A stretch of 7,997 nucleotides of DNA from Podarcis bocagei (Eukaryota): NCBI GenBank assembly GCA_964188305.1. It is one part of the record OZ076896.1 of this genome. One strand, given 5' to 3'. Within the stretch, counting starts at the first letter, position 1; the number at the start of each line of letters is the position of its first letter. The notes beneath the pieces are model-generated. The model was not told the DNA's origin. It did not search any database and saw nothing but the letters and a program-made list of their open reading frames with translations. The translations under genes and the position numbers were made by a program. Positions 7,734 through 7,997 of this stretch are shown piece by piece.

Positions 7734-7997
7734 CTTTGAGGAGATCTTTTTCAAAAGGGTTTCTATTCTGTTTTTTAAAAGCCTTGTCAATTAATAAGGT
7801 TAGAGAGTTTTTCAGTTAGGTTACTGTTTCACGTGTGATCTATTTTTAGGGTGTTCAGTGTTGGTTTAGTTTTCTATTCAGCAAAGAACAAGTAACATTC
7901 TCCTTACAATTTGTTGAGATAATAACATGTGTGGTTGCAATCCAGATTCGATTTGATTAAATTCATGTTTTATTATTAATATTTCAGCTATTTATAT

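Noticed and set aside
1-7997. Prokaryotic-type novel system (CRISPR array, operon, defence island, retron)
   Set aside because: No repeat-spacer array, operon structure or intact enzyme gene. The RT-related fragments are ordinary vertebrate LINE remnants.

Overview
AT-rich eukaryotic non-coding (intergenic or intronic) DNA, almost certainly from a squamate reptile and probably a lacertid lizard, judging by the Sauria/Squam1 SINE, a Squam3-type SINE with a (CTT)n tail and the BovB LINE. I cannot support any host protein-coding gene, RNA gene, CRISPR array or novel multi-gene system. Roughly half the window is transposable-element debris: (1) the 3' end of an RTE-BovB LINE (1-642); (2) a 5'-truncated L1 with an 18-bp TSD (4558-5163); (3) two tRNA-derived SINEs (3890-4134 and 7383-7733); (4) several non-autonomous hAT-type MITEs; (5) a nested structure in which a solo LTR (6022-6892, 5-bp TSD GCTGC) is interrupted by a hAT MITE (6181-6555, 8-bp TSD) and abuts an older MITE. 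The most unusual observation is that removing the MITE restores a continuous acidic, then basic, reading frame across most of the solo LTR. Most ORFs in the supplied track are spurious or TE-derived. All family names come from recalled motifs, not a database search.
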